Positions 22,177-31,156 of a DNA stretch of 64,000 nucleotides are shown piece after piece; the stretch's first letter is position 1, and every line of letters begins with the position of its first letter. The notes under the pieces were generated by a model. It saw only the letters and a list, made by a program, of their open reading frames with translations. It searched no databases and was not told where the DNA came from. Origin of the DNA: Candidatus Oxydemutatoraceae bacterium. Its GTDB lineage: Bacteria > Pseudomonadota > Gammaproteobacteria > Poriferisulfidales > Oxydemutatoraceae. The DNA is taken from assembly GCA_965218975.1 (NCBI GenBank), contig OZ244717.1, positions 1,152,001-1,216,000 on the forward strand, written 5' to 3'. The position numbers were made by a program, and so were the translations under genes.

Positions 22177-23206
22177 TGACATGCTCGACATCAACGACAA
22201 TACCTATCGCTTCTCCGATTTTGTGATTATGGTGGCTGGGCGCAAAGCAATAAATCAATTCTTCATTTGCCAGTTTTAACCGATATAAAAACTCTGCCCC
22301 TCTGAATTGTTTCTCAATGATGACAGCCTGAAGTTCACTTTTGTCATTATGAATAATGTCGTCAGGGCGAATGAGCACTTTAACATTCTGCCCCGGAGCA
22401 TGTTGATTCGAGTTAGTACTGACGCGAAAGTTACCTAAGGCAGTAGCAACATAGCTATTTTCTGTTATTTCCCCCTTAAGCATACTGCCCATACCGACAA
22501 AGGTTGCGACTCTAAGCGATTCAGGCTCATGATAAATCTGATAAGCGCGGTTCCATTGCAACAAACGACCGGAGTCTATTACACCGAGCATGTCTGATAC
22601 CGCAAGCGCCTCATCTTGATTATGGGTAATTAATAAAGCAGTGGTATTTTGCTTTTTTATTAATCTCCGTACGTCGCGTGCCAATTGTAGTCTGAGTTCC
22701 GCATCCAAGTTGGAAAACGGTTCATCAAGCAATAATAACATGGGGTCCGGCGCTAGCGAACGCGCAAGAGCGACTCGTTGTTGCTGACCACCGGATAATT
22801 CGTGAGGATAGCGGTCGCGGCAATTTTCTAAGCCAATCAGCTGCAGCATTTCGTTAATTCGTTTGTGTCGTACCGTGCTCGGCAGCTTACTGATCCCGAA
22901 AGCGATATTCTCAGTGACGGTCAGATGCGGAAATAGAGAATATTCTTGAAACACCATACCAATTTTACGTTGCTCCGGTGCATAATGAATTTTAGGTGCG
23001 CTGACCACAGTACTATCAATACTGATGGTGCCCTCATCCGGTCGATAAAATCCTGCGATGCAACGCAGCAAGCTGGTTTTGCCACTGCCGCTAGGGCCGA
23101 GGAGACAGCCGATCTGTCCCTGTTGTAAAGCAAATGAAACATGGTCAATCACACGTTTCTTCCTTCGTGTGAGGACAACATTATTGATAGTTAGAAGCTC
23201 GTTCAT
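22133..23206 (-). CDS. fbpC: Fe3+ ABC transporter ATP-binding protein
   Basis: GPSGSGKT, LSGGQQQRVALAR, LLDEPFSNLD; in operon with permease and binding protein. Its 3' end overlaps yhdP convergently. Confidence 0.9.
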   Translation of the reverse strand: MNELLTINNVVLTRRKKRVIDHVSFALQQGQIGCLLGPSGSGKTSLLRCIAGFYRPDEGTISIDSTVVSAPKIHYAPEQRKIGMVFQEYSLFPHLTVTENIAFGISKLPSTVRHKRINEMLQLIGLENCRDRYPHELSGGQQQRVALARSLAPDPMLLLLDEPFSNLDAELRLQLARDVRRLIKKQNTTALLITHNQDEALAVSDMLGVIDSGRLLQWNRAYQIYHEPESLRVATFVGMGSMLKGEITENSYVATALGNFRVSTNSNQHAPGQNVKVLIRPDDIIHNDKSELQAVIIEKQFRGAEFLYRLKLANEELIYCFAPSHHNHKIGEAIGIVVDVEHVIIFPSDQNLPEVFP

Positions 23207-24762
23207 TGTTTTTTTAGACGCAGTGCTCTGGTAAGTATTATGAGTGGCAAAAGCCCGATGACCGTGATGCTTAGAGCTGGCAATGCCATATCGGTTATTC
23301 TTTCATCGGCAGCCATTTCATAAGTTTTGACTGCAAACGTATTAAAGTTAAATGGTCGTAATGCTAATGTCGCAGGAAGTTCCTTGATCACATCAACAAA
23401 CACAAGTAATAAAGCAGTCAATATTGCCGGTTTGATAATGGGCAAATGGATCTTGTACAAAATACTACTGCGCGAAGCATTTAAAGTCTGAGCGGAATAA
23501 TCGAGGTTAATAGAAATTTTTTCCAGCGCTGCATTAACAGTATTGCTTCCCAGGGTCAAAAACCGTGCGATGTACGCGACAATTAGCATAAGGAAGCTAC
23601 CGCTCAATAATAAGCCGGTGATATCTTTGATAAAAGCTCCCAGACTCATCACCGCGGCGGCGATCACCACTCCAGGGACTGCATAGCCTGAGGTGGTGAC
23701 CCGTACAACCGAAAGGAATATCGGCGAAGTGTAAAAACGTCTGGCGTAAGCAAGTACTATAGAGCAAAATAGAATTAAGAGTGTCGCGATCAATGCGATA
23801 CTGAGGGTGTTGATTAACAAAACAAGGTATTCGTTCCAATCGGTATTCGCGGTATTAATATAGGTCCAGAATATCAGGTGTGAACTTGGAACTATAAATC
23901 CGAATAATATCGGGATAGCGCAGGCAATATTTGCTGCCAACGACTTCATTCCATGTAAATGATAAATTGGGTCCTTGCTACCTATAGATATTTCGGTATA
24001 TTGAGCGTGATTTCTGGTTTTTTTCTCCAAAGTAATCAATCCGGCGGTAAAGAATAGCAGGATAATTGATAACTGCGCCGCACCACTCAAGCTGTTTAAA
24101 CCAAACCAGGTATTCATAATTCCTAAGCTAAAAGTTTGAATGCCGAAATGTTGGACAGTACCATAATCGGCGAGTGTTTCCATGATTACAATTACGCAGC
24201 CGACCATAATCGCGGGTCGTCCCAGGGGTAAGGCGATTTTGAAAAAATTTTCCCAAGCATTTTTTTGTAGGATGCGTCCGGTTTCCAATAAACGATTGCT
24301 TTTTCCGTACCATGCGGAATATGCCAGCAGGTAAACGTACGGGTACAATGAAAATGTGATTACGGTGATTGCACCTTCAATTGAACGGATCGGTATCGGA
24401 ATACTAGTGCCGAACTGCGCCTTACTCCATACATAGAAGCTGCCGCCATAATCGAAAATTCCAGTATAAGTGTAAGCGATCACATAAGATGGGTAGGCAA
24501 GCGGCAATATTAGCGCCCATCGATAAAATTTTCTACCGACGAAGTCACAACTACTGCATAACCAGGCAGTCGCACTGCCGATAATGAAAGCACCGATAGC
24601 GGTGCCGGAACTTAGGACAAATGAATTAAAGAAATAGTCAGCAAGGACGGTGTCTATCAGATGTTGCCAAACACTTGGAGCGGGTACGAATAACCAAGCG
24701 ACTAGCGCTAATATGGGTAAACTGACTAGAATCGTGATTAAGCCGGTTAACCATAACAACAT
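23203..24762 (-). CDS. fbpB: Fe3+ ABC transporter permease
   Basis: Double TM domain, LYPYVYL, METLADYG, KELPATL.LRPFNFNT. Confidence 0.92.
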   Translation of the reverse strand: MLLWLTGLITILVSLPILALVAWLFVPAPSVWQHLIDTVLADYFFNSFVLSSGTAIGAFIIGSATAWLCSSCDFVGRKFYRWALILPLAYPSYVIAYTYTGIFDYGGSFYVWSKAQFGTSIPIPIRSIEGAITVITFSLYPYVYLLAYSAWYGKSNRLLETGRILQKNAWENFFKIALPLGRPAIMVGCVIVIMETLADYGTVQHFGIQTFSLGIMNTWFGLNSLSGAAQLSIILLFFTAGLITLEKKTRNHAQYTEISIGSKDPIYHLHGMKSLAANIACAIPILFGFIVPSSHLIFWTYINTANTDWNEYLVLLINTLSIALIATLLILFCSIVLAYARRFYTSPIFLSVVRVTTSGYAVPGVVIAAAVMSLGAFIKDITGLLLSGSFLMLIVAYIARFLTLGSNTVNAALEKISINLDYSAQTLNASRSSILYKIHLPIIKPAILTALLLVFVDVIKELPATLALRPFNFNTFAVKTYEMAADERITDMALPALSITVIGLLPLIILTRALRLKKQ

Positions 24763-24786
24763 TGTTTCATCGGTAATTGATTGCCG

Positions 24787-25851
24787 CTAATGCCAACCGG
24801 CTTCATTCATTAACTTGAGCGCCTTAATGTTTAGTGCGCCAAGACGGCGTAAATTAATAGTATCTTTTTTGAAATCACCCCAATGTTTCAGTACGTTAGG
24901 CGAGGCGACATTCGGAATCATGGGATATTCATAATTTACTTTGGCATACCAAGCTTGTGCTTCAGGACTAGTTAAATATTTCAACAGCGTTAGCGCATGA
25001 TCAAAATGGAGGGCATTTTGGCTGATGCCGGCGCCGCTGATATTTATGTGGGCGCCGTGTCCGTTCTGGTCGGGAAAGATAATGTGCATTTTTTCAGCGG
25101 CTTTTCTATGCTCGATCTGATCGCTTTTCAGCATCATCGCTAGGTAATAAGTGTTGACAACGGCAATATCGCATAATCCATTTGCCGCTGCAAGTATTTG
25201 ATCCCGATCACCGCCGCTTGGCGGACGGGCGAAATTGGCAACCAGCCCTTTCAGCCACTGCAGTGTTGCCGTTTCATTGCTAGCGTCAAGAATTGAAGCG
25301 ACTAGGGATTGATTATAAATATTATTCGAAGAGCGAATACAAATTTTATTTTTCCATTGCGGATTCGCTAAATCCGCATAATTGCTTAGTGCATGCTCTG
25401 CGCTGGTACCTTTGACGGTTACGATGACACGTGAGCGAAGTGAAAGACCAAACCAACAACCTTCAGGGTCACGATAACTTTCTGGTATGTAATCAAAGGT
25501 TTGGGTTCCGATACAGCGGAGCAAATTTAAGGATTGTGCACGATATAAGCGTCCTGCATCGGTAGTAATCAGCAAATCAACGGGACTATTTTCTCCCTCC
25601 GCTTGAAGACGAGCAAGCAAGGCATCAGCCTTGCCGGTCACCAAATTGACTCGGATGCCGCTTTCCTTAGTAAATTCCTGCAATAATGGTTTGATTAGGT
25701 CCTCCTTGCGTGCCGAATAAACATTGACTACTGATTCGTCTGTCGCTTGGCTATCAGCAGGAATATCCGGAGAAAGGAACAGAATCCAGCATGATAAAAG
25801 CGCGAAAAATGTTCGTTGGAGTGGTTTTGGGAAGAGGGCTTCTATCTTCAT
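24787..25851 (-). CDS. fbpA: Fe3+ ABC transporter substrate-binding protein (FbpA/FutA type)
   Basis: Signal peptide, VNVYSAR, RSSNNIYNQSL, GGDRDQI, NTYY iron ligands, NYEYP. Confidence 0.92.
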   Translation of the reverse strand: MKIEALFPKPLQRTFFALLSCWILFLSPDIPADSQATDESVVNVYSARKEDLIKPLLQEFTKESGIRVNLVTGKADALLARLQAEGENSPVDLLITTDAGRLYRAQSLNLLRCIGTQTFDYIPESYRDPEGCWFGLSLRSRVIVTVKGTSAEHALSNYADLANPQWKNKICIRSSNNIYNQSLVASILDASNETATLQWLKGLVANFARPPSGGDRDQILAAANGLCDIAVVNTYYLAMMLKSDQIEHRKAAEKMHIIFPDQNGHGAHINISGAGISQNALHFDHALTLLKYLTSPEAQAWYAKVNYEYPMIPNVASPNVLKHWGDFKKDTINLRRLGALNIKALKLMNEAGWH

Positions 25852-25869
25852 GAGAAATTAGTAAGCGTT

Positions 25870-25888
25870 AATAAGAATAATTCTTATT
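25870..25888. promoter_or_regulatory. Putative Fur box
   Basis: Perfect 9-1-9 inverted repeat AATAAGAAT-A-ATTCTTATT about 20 bp upstream of fbpA; 13/19 match to GATAATGATAATCATTATC. Confidence 0.8.
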
Positions 25889-26028
25889 TTATGTTAGTCA
25901 CAATCGTAATGTCAAATATCATATCGGAGCGGCGGCTAAAAGGCAGTTAAAGATAGCTGTTTGGTCGGATACGCCGCATCGCATAGAATAGTGCGTTTTA
26001 TTGCTCAAGCAACAGAAGGAAGTGAATC

Positions 26029-26946
26029 GTGTCTATGGCGCAATACGATGGCTGGATTTGGATAGATGGTAAATGGACCGCTTGGCGGGATGCTCAAGTG
26101 CATATCCTAACACATACGCTTCATTATGGAATGGGTGTATTCGAAGGTGTGCGCGCTTATCAGGGGGATTCCGGCACTGCGATTTTTCGCTTGAAAGATC
26201 ATACCCGTAGGTTATTTGATTCGGCGCATGCGTTACGGATGAAGATACCGTACTCGTTTGAGCAAGTGAATGGAATCCAAAAGGAAGTGCTGCGCAAAAA
26301 CGGTTTATCTTCCGCTTATATTCGTCCGATTGTATTTTATGGCGCTGAAAGTATGGGGCTACATGCAAAGGATTTGCAGGTGCATTTTTCCGTTATTGCA
26401 TGGGATTGGGGTTCTTATCTGGGCGAAGAGAATATTGAGAAAGGTATTCGTGTTAAGACTTCGTCATTTGCTCGGCATCACGTAAACTCAATGATGTCAA
26501 AAGTGAAGGCGAATGGGAATTATATGAATTCGATGCTGGCTCTGCAGGAAGCGCTTGATGCAGGTTGTGACGAAGCGTTGATGCTTGACGTTGATGGATA
26601 TGTGAGCGAAGGCAGCGGTGAAAATATTTTTATCGTGCGTGACAAAGTATTGATTACACCACAGATATTGTCGGTGCTCAATGGCGTAACACGTCGCACT
26701 ATCATCACTTTAGCGCGCGAGGGCGGTTATGAAGTGCGTGAACTGCAATTCACGCGCGATATGATTTATACTGCCGATGAGGCATTTTTCACCGGTACTG
26801 CGGCAGAGGTGATGCCGATTCGCGAATTGGATAAACGAATCATCGGCAACGGCGGCCGCGGTCCTATAACTCGCAAGCTCCAGCAATTATATTTTGATGT
26901 CGTGCGTGGCAAGCATGGTCACGAGGAATGGTTAGCACATATTTAA
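26029..26946 (+). CDS. ilvE: Branched-chain amino acid aminotransferase
   Basis: HTLHYGMGVFEGVRAY, KANGNYMNS, EGSGENIF, FFTGTAAEV. Confidence 0.96.
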   Translation: MSMAQYDGWIWIDGKWTAWRDAQVHILTHTLHYGMGVFEGVRAYQGDSGTAIFRLKDHTRRLFDSAHALRMKIPYSFEQVNGIQKEVLRKNGLSSAYIRPIVFYGAESMGLHAKDLQVHFSVIAWDWGSYLGEENIEKGIRVKTSSFARHHVNSMMSKVKANGNYMNSMLALQEALDAGCDEALMLDVDGYVSEGSGENIFIVRDKVLITPQILSVLNGVTRRTIITLAREGGYEVRELQFTRDMIYTADEAFFTGTAAEVMPIRELDKRIIGNGGRGPITRKLQQLYFDVVRGKHGHEEWLAHI

Positions 26947-26984
26947 TCTTATGTTACTGTCGCACCTTTTGAGGTGTTTTAATA

Positions 26985-28418
26985 ATGCGTCACGTATTGC
27001 CTTTGCCTGATTTTTCCGCTATCAAGATGCTAGTGGTCGGAGATGTAATGCTTGACTACTACCGTTATGGCAACGCCGACCGCATTTCTCCGGAAGCGCC
27101 GGTTCAAGTAGTGCGAATCGATAAAGAGGTTGATTGTTTGGGAGGAGCGGCGAATGTCGCTGCTAATGTTGCAAGTTTGGGTGCGCAAGTTACTCTGATA
27201 GGATTGAGTGGGGATGATCCTCAAGCAAAAGTGCTGGAATCATTACTTGGCCGGCAAGGCATTACCCATCAATTAGTGCATGTTCCCGGTAGCCGAACGA
27301 TCGTAAAATCCCGTATTGTAAGCGATAATCAGCAATTACTACGTTTGGATTATGAAAATGAGTTTCCCGCAATTTCACTTGCCGAAGTCAAACGATTTTT
27401 CAATTCGGCTATTACGCAAGTTGATGCAGTTATTTTTTCGGATTATGCAAAAGGTTGTTTGCGCAATATAAGGGATTTGATTAGCCAAGCGAATACTGTC
27501 GGCAAAGCTGTTTTTGTTGATCCGAAAAGTGTTGACTTGTCGATTTACGCATCGGCAACCATGTTAACTCCAAACTTTGTTGAGTTTTGCGTTGCTGCCG
27601 GCATTTATCCCGGCATTGATGTGGATGAACAGGTAATTGTTTCCGCCGCCGAAAAAATTCGCGCTCGTTTACAGCTCGAAGCTTTGTTAATCACTCGTGG
27701 CGAGCAGGGGATGACTTTGGTAGAAAAAAGCAAGCCGGCAGTGCGCTTGATTGCGCAGGCGCACGAAGTGTATGATACAACCGGTGCGGGGGATACGGTC
27801 ATCTCAGTATTAGCTTCGGCATATACTTGCGGGCAAACTTTTCTGCAATCGATGCGTTTGGCTAACGCCGCTGCCGGCTTGGCAGTGATGAAAGCGGGCA
27901 CGACAATCGTCAATGTTGATGAACTTGCGCATGCAGCGGGAGGCGGCGACGTGTCAGGAGTTTATTCCGTAACCGAAATTGTCGGTTTGGTTGAACAATT
28001 GCGCGTCAAAGGGCAAACAATTGTTGTAACCAACGGTTGTTTTGATCTTTTACATTTAGGGCATATTGAATATTTAAAGGAAGCGGCATTGCTGGGTGAT
28101 AAATTAATTGTTTTGGTCAACGATGATGATTCGGTACGACGTTTGAAAGGGGCGGGACGTCCGATAAATCGATTGAATGAACGTATGCAATTATTGGTGG
28201 CATTGGAGCCGGTTGATTGCGTCGTGCCATTTTCCGATGACACACCGGAAAGTTTGATTGAGCTGATTCGTCCGGATGTATTGGTGAAGGGAGGCGATTA
28301 TAAACCTGAAGATATTGCCGGCTATGACACTGTTGCTAAATATGGCGGCAATACGATCGTACTTGATTACCTCAACGGTTATTCAACTAGCGAATTGATT
28401 AAACAAATTCGCAAATAA
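26985..28418 (+). CDS. hldE: Bifunctional heptose 7-phosphate kinase/heptose 1-phosphate adenylyltransferase
   Basis: RISPEAPV, GGAANVA, DTTGAGDTV, TNGCFDLLHLGH, LVKGGDY. Confidence 0.97.
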   Translation: MRHVLPLPDFSAIKMLVVGDVMLDYYRYGNADRISPEAPVQVVRIDKEVDCLGGAANVAANVASLGAQVTLIGLSGDDPQAKVLESLLGRQGITHQLVHVPGSRTIVKSRIVSDNQQLLRLDYENEFPAISLAEVKRFFNSAITQVDAVIFSDYAKGCLRNIRDLISQANTVGKAVFVDPKSVDLSIYASATMLTPNFVEFCVAAGIYPGIDVDEQVIVSAAEKIRARLQLEALLITRGEQGMTLVEKSKPAVRLIAQAHEVYDTTGAGDTVISVLASAYTCGQTFLQSMRLANAAAGLAVMKAGTTIVNVDELAHAAGGGDVSGVYSVTEIVGLVEQLRVKGQTIVVTNGCFDLLHLGHIEYLKEAALLGDKLIVLVNDDDSVRRLKGAGRPINRLNERMQLLVALEPVDCVVPFSDDTPESLIELIRPDVLVKGGDYKPEDIAGYDTVAKYGGNTIVLDYLNGYSTSELIKQIRK

Positions 28419-29482
28419 TGCCGGAGGTCGCAGCAAAAATTCAAGAGAGGAATCAAGTGTCGGAGCGTATTTTGGTGGTCGGACCTGCGTGGGTGGGCGA
28501 CATGTTATTGTCGCAATCCTTGTATAAGAGTCTATGGTCGCGATTTCCTCAGGTACCGATTGATGTTATTGCTCCTGCTTGGTCTAAAGCTTTATTGCAT
28601 CGTATGCCGGAAGTGAACGATGCGATTGAATTACCGATAAGTCATGGCGAATTAAAAATAAACGTACGTTACCGTTACGGCAGAGACCTGCGCCGACGTC
28701 AATATTCGCACGCAATTGTGTTGCCGCGTTCATTCAAATCCGCATTATTGCCGTGGTTTGCCAATATTCCGCAACGGACAGGGTACCGTGGAGAGATACG
28801 CTATGGTTTGATTAACGATATGCGGCCACTGGATAAGCGTGTTTTACCTCGAACAATCGATCGGCAAGTGTTTCTCGGGCATCCACCCGGAACAAAACCG
28901 GGAACTTATAAAATTGATATGCCGTGTCTGCAAGTTGATCATGGTAATGCACTACGTTGTTTAGAACGATTACAATTAAATATGCAGCGCCAAGTTCTTG
29001 CACTACTACCTGGTGCGGCATACGGTCGGTCTAAACGTTGGCCGCCGAAATATTTTTCCGAAGTCGCCGACTATTATGCGCAAAAGGGTTTTCAAATATG
29101 GATTTTTGGCTCTCCGAATGAAGCGGTGTTGGCAGAAGAGATCATGTCGGCAGCAAAGTGTTTGATTGCAGATCTTTGTGGAAAACTATCGCTTGAGGAG
29201 GTGATTGACGTATTGTCTCTTGTGTCTTTGGCAATTAGTAACGATTCCGGTTTGATGCATGTTGCTGCGGCAGTCGGATGCCCTCTTGTTGTGGTGTACG
29301 GATCGTCATCGCCTGAGTACACGCCGCCGATGACTTCACGTGCGCAGATTTTGAGGCAAAAAAATTTATCTTGCAGCCCCTGCTATAAGCCGACCTGCCG
29401 TTATGGTCATTATAATTGCTTAACTCGCATTACTCCAACTGAAGCTTGTCGCGCGGGCGAACGTGTTTTCTCACAAGATTAA
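28418..29482 (+). CDS. waaF: LPS heptosyltransferase II
   Basis: GPAWVGD, RMPEV, PGAAYG.SKRWP, SNDSGLMHVAAA. True start may be a slightly later GTG. Confidence 0.95.
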   Translation: MPEVAAKIQERNQVSERILVVGPAWVGDMLLSQSLYKSLWSRFPQVPIDVIAPAWSKALLHRMPEVNDAIELPISHGELKINVRYRYGRDLRRRQYSHAIVLPRSFKSALLPWFANIPQRTGYRGEIRYGLINDMRPLDKRVLPRTIDRQVFLGHPPGTKPGTYKIDMPCLQVDHGNALRCLERLQLNMQRQVLALLPGAAYGRSKRWPPKYFSEVADYYAQKGFQIWIFGSPNEAVLAEEIMSAAKCLIADLCGKLSLEEVIDVLSLVSLAISNDSGLMHVAAAVGCPLVVVYGSSSPEYTPPMTSRAQILRQKNLSCSPCYKPTCRYGHYNCLTRITPTEACRAGERVFSQD

Positions 29483-29915
29483 TTAATCTGCCAATAGTCA
29501 ATAGTTGCGACAGTTTATCGTAATCGTATATTTACTGCCGTTCGTCGGTTTTTGCCTTAATTTATAAAGATAAATCTGCATCATTAGTTCGCATGTAAAT
29601 GCGGGACGACTATTATTATTGATTTACAGGTGAGTATGTACGGTGGAAAACTGTTATCACCTGCGGTCTTTAAGCAGATTTACTGCAAGATTTGGTTAAG
29701 AAACTCGCTGTCAAACCGGAGCAAAACATCAAAGCCATATCAATTACCGAATATGATTATCCCCAATCAAAGCTGCTACGGTTGCAGTTATTATTGATGA
29801 TGTTGCAATGATACGGCATAACGATATAACGATCATGTCGCCCAGCTTACGAGAGATAAACAAAGTTTTGTTTTTCCTCGGAGAAGGACGCCGTAAGGCG
29901 TTATAGGGGTGCTAA

Positions 29916-30476
29916 TTGACGAATAAGTTGTTTCCGGGCGCTGTGACGATTAGAGGTCGCTGTTGTGTTTTGATTGAGGATATTGTCGGAAGCTATTTTC
30001 CTGAGTGTGATGATATTGTGCCATTTTCTGATTTCAAAGGTATTGCAAATTTTTGTTCGCGACATAAACTGACACAGCTCCGCAAGCAATATCCGCAAGT
30101 TCCGGTATATGGGATTTGGCAAATCGTTTTTGCTTCTTATCAAGACTGGAATGAAGAACTATACGCAATTTATTTTGATGATAACCATTACGAAGGATTA
30201 TTTCTATTGCATAAAAATAGTGAATTCAACAGCGGTCGAATTGCCCAAGGCAAGGCATTAAATCCGTTTGCCGTCAGTTTAGCGAATGCGCAACAGATTA
30301 TGCTAAAGGAGGACGAAATAACTTTTCCCAACCACCCGATTCTGACCGCGGTCGAATGTGAGGCGCAGATGCGGATTAGGATATACCGAATTGCGGTGAT
30401 TTTGATAGCGGGATTTATGGCCGCTACTCTATTGTTTTTTATCATGCAATGGGTGACAGGTTACTTTTACTTGTAA
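29916..30476 (+). CDS. Hypothetical protein with C-terminal TM helix, possibly the remnant of a longer gene
   Basis: 186-aa ORF with no recognised motif. The same frame is also open from 29757 to 29903, upstream of two nearby stops. Confidence 0.45.
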   Translation: MTNKLFPGAVTIRGRCCVLIEDIVGSYFPECDDIVPFSDFKGIANFCSRHKLTQLRKQYPQVPVYGIWQIVFASYQDWNEELYAIYFDDNHYEGLFLLHKNSEFNSGRIAQGKALNPFAVSLANAQQIMLKEDEITFPNHPILTAVECEAQMRIRIYRIAVILIAGFMAATLLFFIMQWVTGYFYL

Positions 30477-30538
30477 CGTCTTAACAATACCAATAATCCG
30501 AGCGTACGTTAAAGTGTCTTGAGCCTCACAACTGCCTT

Positions 30539-31132
30539 GTGAGTCCTGATTATGTTCTTGAGGATGAGTTTCGTTATTCAGGAGTTGATCAAGCGCTGAT
30601 TCCTATGGAGCTACGATACCGTAGAAAGGGTAAAATCCCTGCTTTTGAGATCGATATAGAGAAGATAGCAAGCAAAAAGGACTTAGACTCATGCTTTAAA
30701 AACCCCTTAGTTCAAGTAAGCGTAACTTCAGTTTTAACAAACCCTCATTTAGAAAAGATGAAAAAAGATAAACCTAAAGTTCTAAAGGATTACATACAAA
30801 GCCATACTTGTAATCAACTTAGTTGGATCAAAATACGCAAAGATGAAGGAGTGCTCAAAAGAAGGCTAGGCCACAGATGTCCTGCTTTACATGGCATGTC
30901 AGGGTCTTTTATGAATCTTGAGTGTAATAACAAAAGAGATCTTTTTGTTTATAGGGGACAGAGACTCACAGGTACTAGTGATGAGATTTACAAAAAAGCA
31001 GAATCAGGTGAGATCATTTACCCTTCTGAATATGAAGAAAGAGAATCTTTTAAAAACACAGCCACTTATATTGAGCCTGAGCTTCTTGAATTTCACTTTA
31101 ACAACTACTGCGGGCCCTATTACAGCTTATAA
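30539..31132 (+). CDS. Hypothetical protein, compositionally foreign, probably 5'-truncated
   Basis: 197-aa Lys/Glu-rich ORF, AT-rich and visibly CG-poor, no clear RBS, abuts an IS remnant. Confidence 0.55.
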   Translation: MSPDYVLEDEFRYSGVDQALIPMELRYRRKGKIPAFEIDIEKIASKKDLDSCFKNPLVQVSVTSVLTNPHLEKMKKDKPKVLKDYIQSHTCNQLSWIKIRKDEGVLKRRLGHRCPALHGMSGSFMNLECNNKRDLFVYRGQRLTGTSDEIYKKAESGEIIYPSEYEERESFKNTATYIEPELLEFHFNNYCGPYYSL

Positions 31133-31156
31133 AGAAACACAAAGTTTTAAGGCATT

